This document shows, in pieces, positions 63,301 to 64,000 of a stretch of 64,000 nucleotides of DNA (position 1 is the stretch's first letter; the number at the start of each line of letters is the position of its first letter). Source of the stretch: an uncultured virus (IMG/VR IMGVR_UViG_3300021139_001059) (lineage: Duplodnaviria; Heunggongvirae; Uroviricota; Caudoviricetes); IMG/VR virus record IMGVR_UViG_3300021139_001059; one strand, given 5' to 3'. Position numbers and translations under genes: made by a program. The notes under the pieces are model-generated. The model saw only the letters and a program-made list of their open reading frames with translations, made no database searches and had not been told where the DNA came from.

Positions 63301-64000
63301 TGATACTTCTACTGCGATGAGTGTAAGCATCGTCACAAATCGTCGTTATACGATGAGAGACATCGGTAAGTTAGATAATCGTATCAGTGATCTTGAATAC
63401 TATCAGTCATTAACTCTATTGCAACAAAAAGCTAAGAACACAGGTGTTACTGATGCTAATGGTTTAGATCGCTTTAAAAACGGCATTTTCGTAGATCCGT
63501 TTGATGACTTTACAAACTCAGACGTAGCAAATCCTGAATATAGTATCGCTATTGATTCTAAGAAAAGTATTGCTAGACCTAAGTTTATTAGTGAAGTCAT
63601 TAGTATGAATTTTAACACTTCTGCTTCTTCAAATTGGCAGAAAACGGGTCGTGTTCTTTCATTACCATATTCTAATACAACACTTATTCAGCAGCCATAC
63701 GCTACTAAATATAGATCATCAGCCCATGTTGCTTCTGCATGGAATGGTACTTTAACTTTGATGCCTGGATATAGTAACAACATCGATACTAATAACACAG
63801 CATCGGTAAGCATTACACAAAATAATGCTACTCCTTGGCAGCAATTTGCTAATACGCCGTTTGGATCTATATGGGGTGCATGGCAAACTACTTCAAATGT
63901 TACAAGTTATCAAGTTCAAACTGGTACTGCGAACGTGTATAATTATGAAGGTGGTTATGGTGCAAACCTTGGTGCATTAATACAACAATTTTCTGCTCAA
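60368..64000 (+). CDS. Large virion structural protein, DUF4815-like (runs off window end; missing from ORF track)
   Basis: MPLSTNLNVSPYYDDY...ILFRPG.AVQARELT..Q; APGAHRLK; RYTMRDIG.L..RI..LEYY; RFKNG.FVD.F. Confidence 0.85.
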   Translation, partial: MPLSTNLNVSPYYDDYDANNQYYRILFRPGTAVQARELTQIQSIIQNQIESFGNWAFQNGDVVSGCSISDVPQQPFVYLADAQTNSASINLSNLVNTQLVSVSSNLQARVIATNQGLAANYPNTNILYIKYLNTGTSGQTIFSPNETLDIYNIPANGIIATINTFSNSAGQVATGNAHGITVSEGVVYLSGEFVKVLNPTFGIVNAYGTQAGNSVVGFQLVESIVTENQDPSLLDNALGYSNENAPGAHRLKLIPTLVALDPETASATSGFNPIAKYSFGSLVSKTQATSNLYSIVGDAIAQRIYEEAGNYVVNPFVVDTISTLPSVTTINSNAVLGRVSPGVGYAEGSRVELLKTAYIPIRRGVDTQVYKQAQITFNYGGYYTLNEVSGTFPFTTAQSVDLYNTAQGSVTNRTFGLTSPSGTKIGNAQIRCFSFNGGNPGTNTASYNLHLFNIKLANGYNTDQVKSVYYGGTTPGVGDVTSNGLVSASTKDQLYTFGTSGLKNLRDAANNNNTEYVYRTVNTSATMLANGYTSVTLAASATGGVDILPYGNTGSVPLNSQDGATFILIAQANSQTTSLPGTVAVTTTANTVTGTGTYFTNNFSVGNILKVGTENRIVTSISNNTYLSIDVPFSVANASANYYEFLPQGKIIPIYETGGTGQNGVYITNSTNFSIHTNFTLSGTTPVTVMYDVLRTSVVPASKVIKKDRFVKIQANTNGQPLGPYCLGYSDVHQVKKIYGSADGSYTTSGVDLTSAFSFDPGQKDTHYGYGYIYPTGAYNPTAYPYLLVQLDYFAANTSAGSGFFTVESYPIDDANTANTNAIQTRNIPLYVDESGTNRWLRDYIDFRIPSVPTANDTGVCNTSNATSVTTAISYASVNPSNSVNLSIPAGGLNTPSYGRNFQADYTTYLPRKDLVLITPDTTLKIKEGLSSQSPQTPLYPDNAMALAVVNIPPYPSLASDEVDADRITNQNSISLIRDTSTAMSVSIVTNRRYTMRDIGKLDNRISDLEYYQSLTLLQQKAKNTGVTDANGLDRFKNGIFVDPFDDFTNSDVANPEYSIAIDSKKSIARPKFISEVISMNFNTSASSNWQKTGRVLSLPYSNTTLIQQPYATKYRSSAHVASAWNGTLTLMPGYSNNIDTNNTASVSITQNNATPWQQFANTPFGSIWGAWQTTSNVTSYQVQTGTANVYNYEGGYGANLGALIQQFSAQ

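Noticed and set aside
1..64000. Bacterial chromosome or prophage origin for host-like genes
   Set aside because: Host-like genes are interleaved with T4 core genes, several under phage-type promoters; no integrase or host housekeeping synteny

Overview
This 64 kb window comes from a large lytic T4-like myovirus, with no sign of a bacterial chromosome or prophage. It carries thyX, nrdAB, a denA-like nuclease, rnh, phoH, genes 33/59/32 and a baseplate block (26, 51, 54, 2, 4, 48, 53, split 5, PAAR, 25, 6, 7, 8, DUF4815). It also has T4-type TATAAATA late promoters and a recurring TGTACA-N16/17-TATAAT early promoter. An Omp2/RopA-type porin, a permuted two-piece tmRNA and an alphaproteobacterial-style TatA suggest an Alphaproteobacteria (probably Hyphomicrobiales) host. 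Main points of interest: (1) a late-promoter operon csgF-csgG-curlin-FecR-mini-curlin-CHASE2 adenylate cyclase facing two small late membrane genes, a candidate phage trans-envelope sensing system; (2) a sedoheptulose-to-NDP-heptose pathway with glycosyl- and methyltransferase; (3) a permuted tmRNA, an aminoacyl-tRNA-protein transferase and a short-arm tRNA-Leu; (4) a likely programmed -1 frameshift fusing gp26 to a start-less gp51; (5) a tripartite gp5 spike locus; (6) repeated promoter/stem-loop/SD cassettes; (7) a 23-bp palindromic tandem array inside a GC-rich zone. All family calls come from motif recognition by eye; no database search was run.
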